Counted from the stretch's first letter, positions 29,485 through 40,590 are shown. The stretch: 64,000 nucleotides of DNA from Alphaproteobacteria bacterium (GCA_035620695.1 DASPGI010000193.1:64398-128397), one strand, 5' to 3'. A program made the numbers and translations. The notes: generated by a model from the letters alone, not told the origin.

Positions 29485-30687
29485 ATGCTTTGGCTAACCG
29501 GTGGTCAGGTCTTCGAGCCTGAAGGCGGCCGATTCAGGCATTGCAACATTGTGGTCGAGGGTGACCGGATCAAGGCGCTGGCTGAGACCGCAGCGCCTGG
29601 TGCCGACGATACGCGACTTGATCTGACCGGCTGTTATCTGGTGCCGGGGCTGATCGACTGTCACGTTCATCTCGCGATGCCGACGGAGGAACCCGACCCC
29701 TCTGTCGTCGCGCGTTGGCCCGATGCGTTGATTGCGATTTATGCGGTGAAGGCGGCGGAGCGGACGCTGCTCGGCGGTATCACAACCGTGCGTGACTGCG
29801 GCGGCTGGAACTATGTCGAGATGGGGGTCCGGAAAGCGATCAAGCGTGGCTGGTGCATTGGCCCGCGCCTTTTTCTCGCCGGCCGTCTTCTGTCCATCAC
29901 CACCAGCGGCGCCGAATATTATCCTGGCATGTACGAGATCGCGAACGGGCCGGACGAGGTCCGGGCCGCCGCGCGCCGTCAGCTCGCCCGCGGCGCCGAT
30001 TTCGTCAAGGTGATGGCGACCGGCGCGATGCTCTCGCCGGAGAACGAAGATGCCCACGCCATACAGTTCACGCTCGAGGAGCTGAAGGCGGCGGCCGAGA
30101 TTGCTCGCGACAATTTCAAGCACATGGCCGCCCATGCCCATGCCTGCCAGGGAATCCGCAACGCCGTCGAGGCGGGCGCCGCTTCGATCGAGCATGGAAC
30201 CTACGCCGACGAGCAGGCGCTGAAATACATGGCGGAGCGCAAGGTGACCCTGGTCCCAACCTTCTGCCCCACCACCTCCATGCTCAACGATCCGGCGGTG
30301 AACGCTTCGATACCTACGCACTTGCGCGAGCGGCTTGTCGCCAGCCGAGAAATTCGTCAGGGAATGGTGCGGCAGGCGCATCGGCTGGGCGTGCCTATCG
30401 CCATGGGTACGGACGCCGGGACACCCGGTAATCACCATGGCGACAATGTCGATGAGTGCATCGCCATGGTGGAGGAGGCGGGCCTGAGCCCGGCCGACAG
30501 CCTGCGTGCGGCTACAGTGAATGGGGCGCGGCTATTGCGCCAGGAGCACAATATCGGCAGCCTCGCTCCAGGCAAGTTCGCGGATCTCCTCGCCACGCGC
30601 GAGAATCCCTTGAACGACATCCGTGCGCTCAAGCGCCTGGCGCTCGTAATGAAAGGCGGCGCCGTCTATCTGAACGCGCTTTCCTAA
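29485..30687 (+). CDS. Metal-dependent amidohydrolase family protein
   Basis: HxH motif LIDCHVHLAM, downstream His/Asp ligands, TIM-barrel amidohydrolase. Confidence 0.8.
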   Translation: MLWLTGGQVFEPEGGRFRHCNIVVEGDRIKALAETAAPGADDTRLDLTGCYLVPGLIDCHVHLAMPTEEPDPSVVARWPDALIAIYAVKAAERTLLGGITTVRDCGGWNYVEMGVRKAIKRGWCIGPRLFLAGRLLSITTSGAEYYPGMYEIANGPDEVRAAARRQLARGADFVKVMATGAMLSPENEDAHAIQFTLEELKAAAEIARDNFKHMAAHAHACQGIRNAVEAGAASIEHGTYADEQALKYMAERKVTLVPTFCPTTSMLNDPAVNASIPTHLRERLVASREIRQGMVRQAHRLGVPIAMGTDAGTPGNHHGDNVDECIAMVEEAGLSPADSLRAATVNGARLLRQEHNIGSLAPGKFADLLATRENPLNDIRALKRLALVMKGGAVYLNALS

Positions 30688-30712
30688 GGATCTGAGAAGG
30701 AGCCGCATCGCC

Positions 30713-32728
30713 GTGGAGATCGTCACCCGTTTTCCCCGTGCCGTCCGAGAGATCGTCAATGCCGAGATTCCGCTATCCGACGGAACGCGTCTCGCCGCCC
30801 GCATCTGGCTTCCGGAGGATGCTGAGAAAAACCCGGTTCCGGCGATCCTCGAATATCTTCCCTATCGCAAGCGTGACGGCACATCGGAACGCGATGCGCT
30901 CACCCATCCCTATTATGCAGGCCACGGATATGCCTGCCTGCGCGTCGATATGCGCGGCTCGGGCGAGTCCGAGGGTCTGCTGTTGGATGAGTATCTGAAA
31001 CAGGAGCAGGACGACGCGCTGGAGGTGATCGACTGGATCGCGGCGCAAGGCTGGTGCACCGGATCGCTGGGGATCATCGGAATATCCTGGGGCGGCTTCA
31101 ATGGACTGCAGATCGCCGCCAGACGGCCCAAGCCATTGAAAGCGATTGTCACCATCGCCTCGACTGATGATCGATATGCCGACGACATCCACCATATGGG
31201 CGGATGTCTCTTGAACGACAATCTGAGCTGGGCCTCGACCATGTTCGCCTATATGTCGCGGCCTCCCGATCCGGCGCTGGTCGGCGAGCGCTGGCGGCAG
31301 ATGTGGATGTATCGGCTCGAGAACACGCCGCTTCTCATCGATAACTGGCTACGACATCAGCGTCGTGACGCCTTCTGGAAGCATGGATCTGTCTGCGAGA
31401 ACTACGCCGACATCGAATGCGCAGTCTATGCGGTGGGCGGCTGGGCGGACGGCTATTCCAACGCCGTGCCGCGGCTACTGGCCGGATTGAAATCACCGCG
31501 CAAGGGGCTGATCGGGCCCTGGGCGCACAAATATCCGCATTTCGCCAAGCCGGGCCCGGCGATTGGGTTCCTGCAGGAGACCTTGCGCTGGTGGGATCAG
31601 TGGCTCAAGGGCAAGGATACCGGGATCATGGCGGAGCCCATGTATCGGGTCTGGATGGAGGATCCCGTGCGCCCGGCAGCCTACCTCCCCCATCGACCCG
31701 GCCGCTGGGTTGCGGAGCCATCCTGGCCATCGAAGAACATCCGTCCGGTGCGTTTCATGCTCAACCCCTTCCGGCTCGCCGAGGCAGCGGAACCAGAAAC
31801 CCCGATCACCTTCTCCTCGCCGCAAGATACCGGCCTTGATGCCGGGGCCTGGTGCCCCTATGGACTTGGTCCGGACCTTCCCACCGACCAGCGTGAGGAG
31901 GATGGCAAGTCACTCTGCTTCGACGGCGAGGTTCTGACCAAACCCGTCGAGATCCTCGGCGCACCTGTAGTGGATGTAGAGCTGACGAGCGACCGCCCCG
32001 TGGCGATGATCGCCGCTCGACTCTGCGATATTCACCCGGACGGCGTTTCGGAGCGGGTCAGCTACGGCCTGTTGAATCTGACTCACCGCGAAAGTCACGA
32101 ACACCCCTCCCCTCTCGTGCCGGGCCGCCGCTACCGGGTTCGCGTACAACTCAACGACATCGCGCACAGCTTCAAGCCCGGGCACCGCATCCGGCTCACG
32201 CTCTCGACGAGCTACTGGCCCACCGCCTTTCCCATGCCCGAGCCGGTGTTGATGACGCTCTTCACCGGCGTTTCCAGCCTGGAGTTGCCTGTCCGCCTGC
32301 CTCGCAAGGAAGATCAGGAGCTCAAGGATTTCCCGCCTCCTGAGGGAGCTCCGCCCTTGGCGGAGACGACACTGCGCGAGCATGCGACGAAACGGTTGGT
32401 CGAGCGTGACCTCGCTACCGACGAGTGCGTGTTCACCCGCCACGAGGATACCGGCACCTATCGTATCGATTCGATCGACCTGACCATCGATCAGATCAAG
32501 ACCGGCACCTATCGTGTCAAGTCCGACGATCCGCTGTCCGCGGATATCGAGATCAAATGGACACAGAAACTCGCACGGGATGATTGGCAGGTGCGTACCG
32601 AAACGGCAACGCGCTTCCGAGCGACACGGGAAGAGTTTCTTATCGATGCCACGCTCGATGCCTATGAGGCAGGCAAGCGCATCTATACTCAAACATGGGA
32701 GCGTCGGATCAGACGAGACCTGGTGTGA
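30713..32728 (+). CDS. CocE/NonD family hydrolase (X-Pro dipeptidyl-peptidase S15-like)
   Basis: N-terminal alpha/beta hydrolase with GISWGG nucleophile elbow. Long C-terminal beta-sandwich. 671 aa. GTG start. Confidence 0.8.
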   Translation: MEIVTRFPRAVREIVNAEIPLSDGTRLAARIWLPEDAEKNPVPAILEYLPYRKRDGTSERDALTHPYYAGHGYACLRVDMRGSGESEGLLLDEYLKQEQDDALEVIDWIAAQGWCTGSLGIIGISWGGFNGLQIAARRPKPLKAIVTIASTDDRYADDIHHMGGCLLNDNLSWASTMFAYMSRPPDPALVGERWRQMWMYRLENTPLLIDNWLRHQRRDAFWKHGSVCENYADIECAVYAVGGWADGYSNAVPRLLAGLKSPRKGLIGPWAHKYPHFAKPGPAIGFLQETLRWWDQWLKGKDTGIMAEPMYRVWMEDPVRPAAYLPHRPGRWVAEPSWPSKNIRPVRFMLNPFRLAEAAEPETPITFSSPQDTGLDAGAWCPYGLGPDLPTDQREEDGKSLCFDGEVLTKPVEILGAPVVDVELTSDRPVAMIAARLCDIHPDGVSERVSYGLLNLTHRESHEHPSPLVPGRRYRVRVQLNDIAHSFKPGHRIRLTLSTSYWPTAFPMPEPVLMTLFTGVSSLELPVRLPRKEDQELKDFPPPEGAPPLAETTLREHATKRLVERDLATDECVFTRHEDTGTYRIDSIDLTIDQIKTGTYRVKSDDPLSADIEIKWTQKLARDDWQVRTETATRFRATREEFLIDATLDAYEAGKRIYTQTWERRIRRDLV

Positions 32729-32880
32729 CAGACCAAACGACCGAATGAAGACCGTCGGCCAGCCGCCCTACCGGATCGGCGAGGTTCAGAATCTGGCGGT
32801 TGCGATCTACGATGGTGTGCGGCTCGTGGCGTGCGATCGGGTGACATCGACCGCACGCGATCATCCATAGAACCGTCACG

Positions 32881-33825
32881 ATGCTCATCTATACTGCTCG
32901 CCGCCTGGCTCTCACCGTGCTGATCCTCCTGGTCACCATGACCCTGCTGTTCAGCATGGTCTATCTGGTGCCTGGCGATCCCGCCTCAATCGCACTCGGC
33001 CCCAGGGCGACCGCGGCGATGAAGGCGGCGTTTCGCGAGCGTATGGGGCTCAACGATCCGCTGCCGGTACAGCTCTGGACCTTCATCTCCAATGTCTTGC
33101 GGGGCGATCTCGGGATCGACGTCTGGAGCAACCGCAGTGTCACCCAGATCGTGCTCGAGGCGATGCCCTATACCCTGGCGCTGACGGGGGTCGGCCTCGG
33201 CTGGGCGGTCGTGACCGGCATCCCGCTCGGCGCCTGGTCGGCGGTGGCGCGCAACTCCTGGACCGACCGGTTGATCGGAGTGATTTCGGTCAGCGCCATC
33301 GCCATTCCCTCCTTCATCGTGGCGATCTATTCGCTCCTTCTCTTTGCCGTCTGGCTGAAATGGCTGCCGGCGATCGGCGCCGGCGACCGCGGCGATTGGG
33401 GCGATCAACTGGTGCATCTCCTTCTACCCGCCTTTGCCGTTGGGCTCGGCTGGGTCGGTTATATCGCGCGGATGGTACGGGCTTCGATGCTGGAGGTAAT
33501 GGGCGAAAACCACGTCCGCACAGCGCGCGCTTTCGGCTTGCCCGAGCAGCGCATCCTCTTCCGTTATGCCCTGCCGATCGCGATCCTGCCGACCATTGCG
33601 CTGCTGGGGGTGGGGATCGGCAACCTGCTCTCGGGCGCCGTCTTCGCCGAGATCGTGTTCGCCCGGCCGGGAGTGGGCAAGCTCACCTACGATGCGGTGA
33701 TCACCCGCAACTATCCGGTCGTGATGGGGTCGGTGCTTATCACCACCGCCTTTTACGCATCCTGCACGCTTGTGGCCGACCTCGTCGCGGCCTGGTTGGA
33801 TCCCCGTGTCCGCGCAAGCCTCTGA
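32881..33825 (+). CDS. Peptide/nickel ABC transporter permease (DppB/OppB-like)
   Basis: Binding-protein-dependent transport system inner-membrane component. Confidence 0.8.
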   Translation: MLIYTARRLALTVLILLVTMTLLFSMVYLVPGDPASIALGPRATAAMKAAFRERMGLNDPLPVQLWTFISNVLRGDLGIDVWSNRSVTQIVLEAMPYTLALTGVGLGWAVVTGIPLGAWSAVARNSWTDRLIGVISVSAIAIPSFIVAIYSLLLFAVWLKWLPAIGAGDRGDWGDQLVHLLLPAFAVGLGWVGYIARMVRASMLEVMGENHVRTARAFGLPEQRILFRYALPIAILPTIALLGVGIGNLLSGAVFAEIVFARPGVGKLTYDAVITRNYPVVMGSVLITTAFYASCTLVADLVAAWLDPRVRASL

Positions 33826-34708
33826 CACCAGCCTCACGGCGGGCCGAGCCGCCCCGCTCGTGCTGGAGCGGCGGTTCGGAGCGCTCCGCCGGTTGCTGCG
33901 CGATCCCCTGGGCGCCCTCGGTCTCGTGTTGGTGGCGTTGATCGTCATCATGGCGCTGGGCGCTGACATCCTTTCGCCCTACGGGCCGAACGTCACCAAT
34001 GTAAAGGAGCGGCTGCAGCCGCCTTCGGAGCTGCACTGGCTCGGCACCGATCAGTTGGGGCGGGATATCTTTTCGCGGGTGCTGGTCGGCAGCCGGATTG
34101 CGCTCTGGGTCGCGGCAGTGACGTCGTTCTTCTCGTTGATCGGCGGGCTTGCGCTGGGGTTGATCGCGGGTTACGGGCCGAGATGGCTCGATTCTCTGCT
34201 GATACTAATCTTCGATTCAATCCGCGCCTTCCCCACCGTGCTGTTCGCCCTGGCGGTCGTCACCATCCTCGGGCCGAGCCTCGGCACCATCATCTTCATC
34301 ATCACCATTTTCAACGTTCCGGTTTACGCCCGTATCGTAAGGACGCAGACGCTTTCGCTCCGCACGACGGAGTTCATCTTGGCCGAGCGCTCGCTCGGGG
34401 CCGGCCCGGTGCGCGTGCTGTTCGTGCACATGCTGCCGAACGTGATCGGGCCGTTGCTGATCCTCGCCAGCATGGATGTGCCGGTGGTGATCACGATCGA
34501 GGCGGGCCTCAGCTTCCTTGGCCTTGGCGTGCGGCCCCCGACAGCGAGCTGGGGCAGCATCCTCAACGACGGCTACGCCTTTATTCGGAATACCCCTTGG
34601 ATGGTGATTTCCGGCGGTGTGCCCTTGATTCTCGCGACCTTGGGCTTCACCTTCCTGGGCGAGGCGCTGCGCGACGCATTTGACCCACGGTTGCGCAAGG
34701 ATGTCTGA
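33806..34708 (+). CDS. Peptide/nickel ABC transporter permease (DppC/OppC-like)
   Basis: DppC-like topology. The start is uncertain, either GTG 33806 or ATG 33770. Confidence 0.75.
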   Translation: MSAQASDTSLTAGRAAPLVLERRFGALRRLLRDPLGALGLVLVALIVIMALGADILSPYGPNVTNVKERLQPPSELHWLGTDQLGRDIFSRVLVGSRIALWVAAVTSFFSLIGGLALGLIAGYGPRWLDSLLILIFDSIRAFPTVLFALAVVTILGPSLGTIIFIITIFNVPVYARIVRTQTLSLRTTEFILAERSLGAGPVRVLFVHMLPNVIGPLLILASMDVPVVITIEAGLSFLGLGVRPPTASWGSILNDGYAFIRNTPWMVISGGVPLILATLGFTFLGEALRDAFDPRLRKDV

Positions 34709-35690
34709 GCGCTCGAGCGCCATACTCGAGGTCAAGGATCTCAGCGTCGCCTATGCGACGCCTCGCGGGGCCGTGCGTGCGCTGGCGCATGTCGACCTGA
34801 CCGTCCCGAGGGGTGAGATCGTCGGCATTGTCGGGGAAAGCGGATGCGGCAAGACGACCCTGATTTCCGCCGTGCTGCGGCTCCTGCCCGGCAACGCCGC
34901 CGTGACGGGTGGCAGCATCTTGTTCAACGGGCGCGAAGTCCTGGCGATGAACGATGCGGAGTTGCGCCGCCTGCGCGGCGGCGGAATCGCCATGGTATTC
35001 CAGGACCCGATGACCGCGCTCAACCCCGTGCTGTCGATTGGCCGGCTGATGACCGACGTGCAGTTCCGCGAGCAACGTTCCACACCCGAGAAGCAAGTGG
35101 CGGCCATCGCCATGCTCCGGCGCGTCGGCATTCCGGATGCCGAGAGCAGGCTGGACGACTATCCGCACCAGTTCAGCGGCGGTATGCGTCAACGTATCGC
35201 CATCGCCATGGCGCTTCTGACCAATCCGAGCCTTCTCATCGCGGACGAGCCGACGACGGCGCTCGACGTAACGATGGAGGCGCAGATCATTCATCTGCTG
35301 CGCGCGCTGAGGCGGGACTTTGCCGGCTCGATCCTATTCATATCTCACAATCTCGGACTAATTGCCGAGCTGTGTGATCGCGTCGCGGTCATGTATGCGG
35401 GAGAAGTGGTGGAAAGCGGTCCGGTCGGCGCCCTCTTTCACAACCCCGGCCACCCCTATACGCAAGCCTTGCTGCGCTGCGACCCCGCTCGGATCGAGCG
35501 GAGAACAGCCGAGCTGCCGACCATTCCCGGCGAGGTCCCGAACCTTCTCGTCCCACCTACCGGCTGCGTCTTCGCCGACCGCTGCCCCGACACGATCGAG
35601 CGCTGCCGAACGACCGTGCCAGTGCCGGTTTCCCTCGGTCCGGACCATCAAGCCCGCTGCATCAGGATCGACAATGCAGCCGCTGCTTGA
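34701..35690 (+). CDS. Peptide ABC transporter ATP-binding protein (DppD/OppD-like)
   Basis: Walker A GESGCGKTT and signature LSGGMRQRIAIA. Confidence 0.85.
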   Translation: MSERSSAILEVKDLSVAYATPRGAVRALAHVDLTVPRGEIVGIVGESGCGKTTLISAVLRLLPGNAAVTGGSILFNGREVLAMNDAELRRLRGGGIAMVFQDPMTALNPVLSIGRLMTDVQFREQRSTPEKQVAAIAMLRRVGIPDAESRLDDYPHQFSGGMRQRIAIAMALLTNPSLLIADEPTTALDVTMEAQIIHLLRALRRDFAGSILFISHNLGLIAELCDRVAVMYAGEVVESGPVGALFHNPGHPYTQALLRCDPARIERRTAELPTIPGEVPNLLVPPTGCVFADRCPDTIERCRTTVPVPVSLGPDHQARCIRIDNAAAA

Positions 35691-36657
35691 GGTTGAAAAC
35701 CTGACCGTACGTTTCCGCATCATGGGGCTGGTACGCCAGCTTCTCGTCGCCACATCTCGACCCTGGGTAGAGGCGGTCGCCAGCGTGAGTTTCAACCTGG
35801 CGCCGGCCAGCACGCTGGCGCTGGTCGGCGAAAGCGGCTCCGGCAAGACGACGCTTGGCCGTGCACTGATTGGCCTGGTCCAGCCCAGCGGCGGGCGTGT
35901 TCGCTTCGAGGGGGCCGATCTTCCGGATCGCTCCGCCGTGGCCTGGAAGCGCTGGCGACGGCAAATGGCGATGATGTTCCAGGACCCCGTCGGATCCTTG
36001 AGCCCACGGTTGACGGTCCGCGCCCTGATCGCCGAGCCGCTCGCCATTCACGGCGCCGGACCCCAGGATCTGGGTGCCGAGGCACGCCGCCTCCTCGGGC
36101 TGGTCGGCTTGCCTGCCGATATTGGCGGCCGCTTTCCCCACGAGCTCTCCGGAGGCCAGGCGCGACGGGTCGGCGTCGCGCGCGCCCTGTCGCTGAATCC
36201 GCGGCTGGTGATCGCCGATGAGCCTACGGCCGGGCTCGACGTCTCGGTGCAGGGAGAAGTCCTGAACCTAATGAGCCGACTTCAACAGGAGCTTGGGCTG
36301 GCCTACCTGCTCATCACCCATAACCTGGCCATGGTCCGCCATGTCAGCGATCGATTGGCGGTGATGTATCTCGGCCGGCTGGTGGAGACCGGGCCAACCG
36401 ACGAGATCTTCATACGACCTGCTCATCCCTATACGCATGCGCTTCTGGCGGCGCAGCCGCAGCCCGATCCGGACCGCCGGCGGCTGACTGTGGAGCTCAC
36501 GGGCGAGGTGCCGAGCCTCCGCAATCGCCCACCGGCTTGCGAGTTTCACACCCGCTGCCCATTCGCGCAGCCGATCTGTCGCGAAGAGGCGCCGGAGTTG
36601 CGTGACATCGGCCCGGAACGAAAGGCGCGATGCCATTTCCCTCTCGCATCCGGTTGA
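35674..36657 (+). CDS. Peptide ABC transporter ATP-binding protein (DppF/OppF-like)
   Basis: Walker A GESGSGKTT and signature LSGGQARRVGVA. Confidence 0.85.
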   Translation: MQPLLEVENLTVRFRIMGLVRQLLVATSRPWVEAVASVSFNLAPASTLALVGESGSGKTTLGRALIGLVQPSGGRVRFEGADLPDRSAVAWKRWRRQMAMMFQDPVGSLSPRLTVRALIAEPLAIHGAGPQDLGAEARRLLGLVGLPADIGGRFPHELSGGQARRVGVARALSLNPRLVIADEPTAGLDVSVQGEVLNLMSRLQQELGLAYLLITHNLAMVRHVSDRLAVMYLGRLVETGPTDEIFIRPAHPYTHALLAAQPQPDPDRRRLTVELTGEVPSLRNRPPACEFHTRCPFAQPICREEAPELRDIGPERKARCHFPLASG

Positions 36658-36724
36658 GCCTCCGATTGACCGAAGCGAAAAAATGAGCCGATCCGGTTGT
36701 TTCAGTCCAATCCGGGTACAGAAA

Positions 36725-36750
36725 GGCCGGCGCCCGCGGGGACGCCGGCC
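36725..36750. terminator. Bidirectional GC hairpin between convergent ABC ATPase and binding-protein genes
   Basis: GGCCGGCG-cccgcgggga-CGCCGGCC. Confidence 0.4.
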
Positions 36751-36769
36751 CTGATACCCAGTCGGCCGA

Positions 36770-38335
36770 TCAGCCGGCTTTCTTGAAGTCCGGCAGCATC
36801 ACTCCGGTCCACCCGTCCGGCTGGGTGGCAGGCATTAGATCATCCCGGTAGATCGCCGCATTCGCCTCGTGCGTGAGGAAAATGTATGCGCCCGATTCCT
36901 CCATCAGATCCTGCATGCGCTTGTACATCTCGTCGCGCTTGGCGACATCCCTCTCCACCAAGCCTTTCTTGTGCAACTCGCCGAACTCGGGATCGTTCCA
37001 GCGCTCCCAGTTCCAGACGCCGACCTGGTCCGGCGTGAACCAGACCGTCGCCCAGCTTGGATCCGGCGCCATCGAGAACCGGTTGAGGATCATCTGCACA
37101 TCCTTCCAGGCTTCCCCGGACGCCTGGTCTCCAAGACTCCAGAACACGCCCGAATCGTAGGGAAGAATTTCCATTTCGACACCGATCTCGGCGAGATTTG
37201 CCTGAACGATCTGCGCCACCGACAGGCGTTCGGTCTTGTTGAGAACGCTGATGGTCGCCTTCAAGCCGCCTTCCTTACCCGCTTCCTTCAAGAGCGCCTT
37301 CGCCTTTTCGGGATCGTAAGTGTAGAGGTTCTTCTCGCGATTCCCGGGCAGGCCCGGCGCGATGATGCCGGTGGCACGCTTTGCCACTCCGAAATAGGCG
37401 GCCTCCAGCACTGCATCGACGTCGACCGCATGCTGAACGGCGCGGCGGACCTTCTCATCCTGGAAAGTCGGGTGCTCGACATTCATTCCGATCCAGACAT
37501 AGGCGAGCGAAGGCGCCTCCTGGAGCATGGTGTTGGGTGGCGTCTTCTCCTTGAAGCGCGAAAGCGAGCTCAAGGACACACCGGTATAATCAACATCGCC
37601 CGCTTCATAGGCGATCTCGGCAGTCTTCTCATCCTCGATCGGCAAGATGTGGATCTCGTCGAAATAGGGCGCGGCGCCGCCATAGGCCGGATTGCGCGCC
37701 AGAACCGTGATCTGCTTGGGGACCCACTCCTTGATGATATAGGGCCCGGAAGCGGCCGGGATTTCGGTCGTGAAGCTGCCTCCGGCCTTTTCAACCGCAG
37801 CCTTGCAGACGATCTTTCCGGAGCCTTCTGGCAGTGTAGAGGTCCAAAGCGGCGCGAAATATTCCTTGAGGATGATTGCGCCGCTCAACTTGTCGCTCAC
37901 CTCAACCCGATCGAGCACAGCAAAATCGTCTTTATAGGGGGATTCGTTCTTCGGGTCGGCGATACGCTCGTAAGAAAATTTCACATCCTCGGCCGTGACC
38001 TCGCCATAATCTCCCGACCATTTCAGACCTGGCTTCAGGCGGAAGTTGATGCGGGTTTCGTCGACCTGCTCGATCATCTCGGCAGCGTCCAATTCCCACT
38101 CCCACTTGTCCCCCGCCTTCCACTTAATGAGATTGTGGAAGGTGCAAGAGGTGATGTGATCTTCCGGTGCGCTCTTGCGGTTGATCGGATCAAGAACCTG
38201 CAGATCCGAATAGGACCGAACCTTCAGGATTTTGCCTTCGGCCCCCCAGCTCCAGCGCGGGCCCAACGCCAGAGCCGCAGCAATGGCGCCGGTTCCCGCC
38301 AGGACCTGACGGCGGCTTAAGTAGAATCGAGTCAT
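36770..38335 (-). CDS. ABC transporter family-5 (peptide/opine/nickel) periplasmic substrate-binding protein with Tat signal
   Basis: Twin-arginine signal MTRFYLSRRQVLAGTGAIAAALALG and SBP_bac_5 fold. Transcribed convergently to the permease/ATPase genes. Confidence 0.85.
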   Translation of the reverse strand: MTRFYLSRRQVLAGTGAIAAALALGPRWSWGAEGKILKVRSYSDLQVLDPINRKSAPEDHITSCTFHNLIKWKAGDKWEWELDAAEMIEQVDETRINFRLKPGLKWSGDYGEVTAEDVKFSYERIADPKNESPYKDDFAVLDRVEVSDKLSGAIILKEYFAPLWTSTLPEGSGKIVCKAAVEKAGGSFTTEIPAASGPYIIKEWVPKQITVLARNPAYGGAAPYFDEIHILPIEDEKTAEIAYEAGDVDYTGVSLSSLSRFKEKTPPNTMLQEAPSLAYVWIGMNVEHPTFQDEKVRRAVQHAVDVDAVLEAAYFGVAKRATGIIAPGLPGNREKNLYTYDPEKAKALLKEAGKEGGLKATISVLNKTERLSVAQIVQANLAEIGVEMEILPYDSGVFWSLGDQASGEAWKDVQMILNRFSMAPDPSWATVWFTPDQVGVWNWERWNDPEFGELHKKGLVERDVAKRDEMYKRMQDLMEESGAYIFLTHEANAAIYRDDLMPATQPDGWTGVMLPDFKKAG

Positions 38336-38683
38336 CGGACTGCCTCCCTTTCCCAGGCCCTTTTTTGCGCCCGGATATGTTCGCTCGCAGAGAAGAGATT
38401 ACGACGGAATGATAGACCTATCGCAATATTGCTTTTTCAGTGACCCGCACCTGAGATCGGCGTCATCCTCGTTAGCTTGATCCCGGACCGAGCAGGGAAA
38501 TCGTGGAAAGCCAGCACCCTATACCCCTTCCGATGGGCTGCGGAAAGCACCCGGATAGCCAAGTCACAGACCCCGCCCTACCCTTTCTCTCGCCCTGCCC
38601 TATCTGGTAAACCCATGAAAAGTATGACTATCGGCGCGTGGGCACCCGCCCCATCAGCCTGTATCGCCACGGAGTGAACAGCT

Positions 38684-39847
38684 TTGGATGAAAGCGAAGC
38701 CGGGGTTGCATCTCGCCAAGCGGAGGAAATGTTACGCACACTCCGCGAGCGCGAAGCCTGGCTGCGGTCGATCCTCGAGACGGTCCCGGACGCCATTATC
38801 GTGATTGACGAACACGCCCTCATTGAGGAATTCAGCCCCGCGGCCGAGCGGCTTTTCGGTTATACGGCCGCGGAGGTGCATGGCCGAAATGTCGCAATGC
38901 TAATGCCCTCGCCTTATCGCGAACGACATGACACGTATATTCAGAACTACCTTTCGACGGGCATGCGCCGCATCATCGGCATCGGCCGGATTGTCGTCGG
39001 CAAGCGCAAGGACGGCTCGACCTTTCCGATGGAGCTGGCGGTCGGCGAGGCGCGGATCGGGCAGCGTCGGGTCTTCACAGGCTTCGTGCGCGACCTGACA
39101 GAGCGCCAGAAAACCGAGAAGCGCTTGCAGGATATTCAGTCCGAACTGCTGCACGTATCGCGGCTCAGCGCCATGGGCCAAATGGCCTCGGCGCTCGCCC
39201 ATGAGTTGAATCAGCCATTGACCGCCATCCTCAACTATGTCCGGGCGGCACGGCGCCTGCTCGACACTGAGGGCGATGCTCCCCCCAAAGTGCTGGAGGC
39301 AATGGACAAGGCAGTCGTGCAGACCGCCCGCGCGGGCCAGATCATCCGTCGGTTGCGGGATTTCGTCGAAAAAGGGCAAAGCCAGCGTGCGCCCGACAAT
39401 CTCAACAAGACGATCGAGGAGGCGGCCGCTCTGGCTCTCGTGGGGGCAAAGGAGGCGAATGTCAAGGTGACCCTGGATCTTAGTTCGGCGCTTCCCGACG
39501 TTCTCATCGACCGTATCCAGATTCAGCAGGTGCTGCTCAATCTGATCCGCAATAGCGTTGAGGCAATGACTTTGAGCGATCGCCGCGAGTTGGTAATCCG
39601 CAGTGCTCCGGTCGAGGGGGTAGCGGAAATCGCGGTCTCCGATACCGGCCCGGGTCTCGCCGAGCCCGTGGCGGCACAGCTTTTCCAGCCCTTTGTCACT
39701 ACCAAGCCGCAAGGCATGGGACTTGGCCTTTCCATCTCCCGCTCAATCATCGACGCCCATGGCGGACGCATCTGGGCCGAGGCGAACGAGGGCGGCGGCG
39801 TGACCTTCCGCTTCACGGTTCCCGTCGGTCTGGAGGACCCCGATTGA
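38684..39847 (+). CDS. fixL: Oxygen-sensor histidine kinase FixL (soluble, single haem-PAS)
   Basis: Haem-PAS region [13 protein letters not shown]...[25 protein letters not shown]...[12 protein letters not shown] aligns with B. japonicum FixL around the proximal His. Followed by H-box [26 protein letters not shown] start. Confidence 0.85.
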   Translation: MDESEAGVASRQAEEMLRTLREREAWLRSILETVPDAIIVIDEHALIEEFSPAAERLFGYTAAEVHGRNVAMLMPSPYRERHDTYIQNYLSTGMRRIIGIGRIVVGKRKDGSTFPMELAVGEARIGQRRVFTGFVRDLTERQKTEKRLQDIQSELLHVSRLSAMGQMASALAHELNQPLTAILNYVRAARRLLDTEGDAPPKVLEAMDKAVVQTARAGQIIRRLRDFVEKGQSQRAPDNLNKTIEEAAALALVGAKEANVKVTLDLSSALPDVLIDRIQIQQVLLNLIRNSVEAMTLSDRRELVIRSAPVEGVAEIAVSDTGPGLAEPVAAQLFQPFVTTKPQGMGLGLSISRSIIDAHGGRIWAEANEGGGVTFRFTVPVGLEDPD

Positions 39848-39848
39848 A

Positions 39849-40469
39849 ATGACCGAGCGGGTCGTTTTCGTGGTGGACGATGATGATGCGGTAAGAGATT
39901 CCCTCTCGCTGCTGCTCGAAGCTGCCGGGCACCGCGTCGAAACCTTCGAGTCCGCGGCAAGACTGCTCGCTACGCTGACCCCGGATCGGCAGGGATGCGT
40001 CATCGCCGACGTTCGCATGCCGGGCATGGATGGCCTGGAGTTGCAGCAGCAGTTGCTGGCGCGGAATATCAGGCTTCCGGTCATCATAATTACTGGACAT
40101 GGCGATGTGCCGATCGCCGTGCGCGCCATGAAGGCGGGAGCCATCGATTTTTTGGAAAAGCCGTTCGCCGATGAGGCAATCCTCGACACCGTGCGCTTGG
40201 CGTTTGCGCGTAACGAGCGGCCTCGCTTCCAGCACGACCCGGAAGGAATCACCGGGGAACGACTGGCGCAGCTCACACAGCGGGAACGCGAAGTCCTATC
40301 GGCCATGGTCGCCGGCCACCCGAACAAGGTGATTGCGCATCTGCTGAACATCTCCCCTCGCACGGTCGAAATCCACCGTGCTCGCGTCATGGAAAAGACT
40401 GGAGCGCGCAGCCTGTCCCACCTCGTCAGGCTTGCCTTGGAGGCCGGCGTCCAGACCGAGGATAGCTAG
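39849..40469 (+). CDS. fixJ: Response regulator FixJ (receiver + LuxR-type HTH)
   Basis: VVFVVDDDDAVRDSL receiver and C-terminal LTQREREVL...ISPRTVEIHRARVMEK HTH. Immediately downstream of fixL. Confidence 0.9.
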   Translation: MTERVVFVVDDDDAVRDSLSLLLEAAGHRVETFESAARLLATLTPDRQGCVIADVRMPGMDGLELQQQLLARNIRLPVIIITGHGDVPIAVRAMKAGAIDFLEKPFADEAILDTVRLAFARNERPRFQHDPEGITGERLAQLTQREREVLSAMVAGHPNKVIAHLLNISPRTVEIHRARVMEKTGARSLSHLVRLALEAGVQTEDS

Positions 40470-40590
40470 GGCCAGGGCGTCGACAGTACGGGACTTCCCG
40501 TACGGAGTATTGCGTATTCCGAAACATCGATCGTGAGGCGCACTCTCTTGCCGGACCGGCTCACCCTTGAAGCCGCGGGAAGGCATATTG

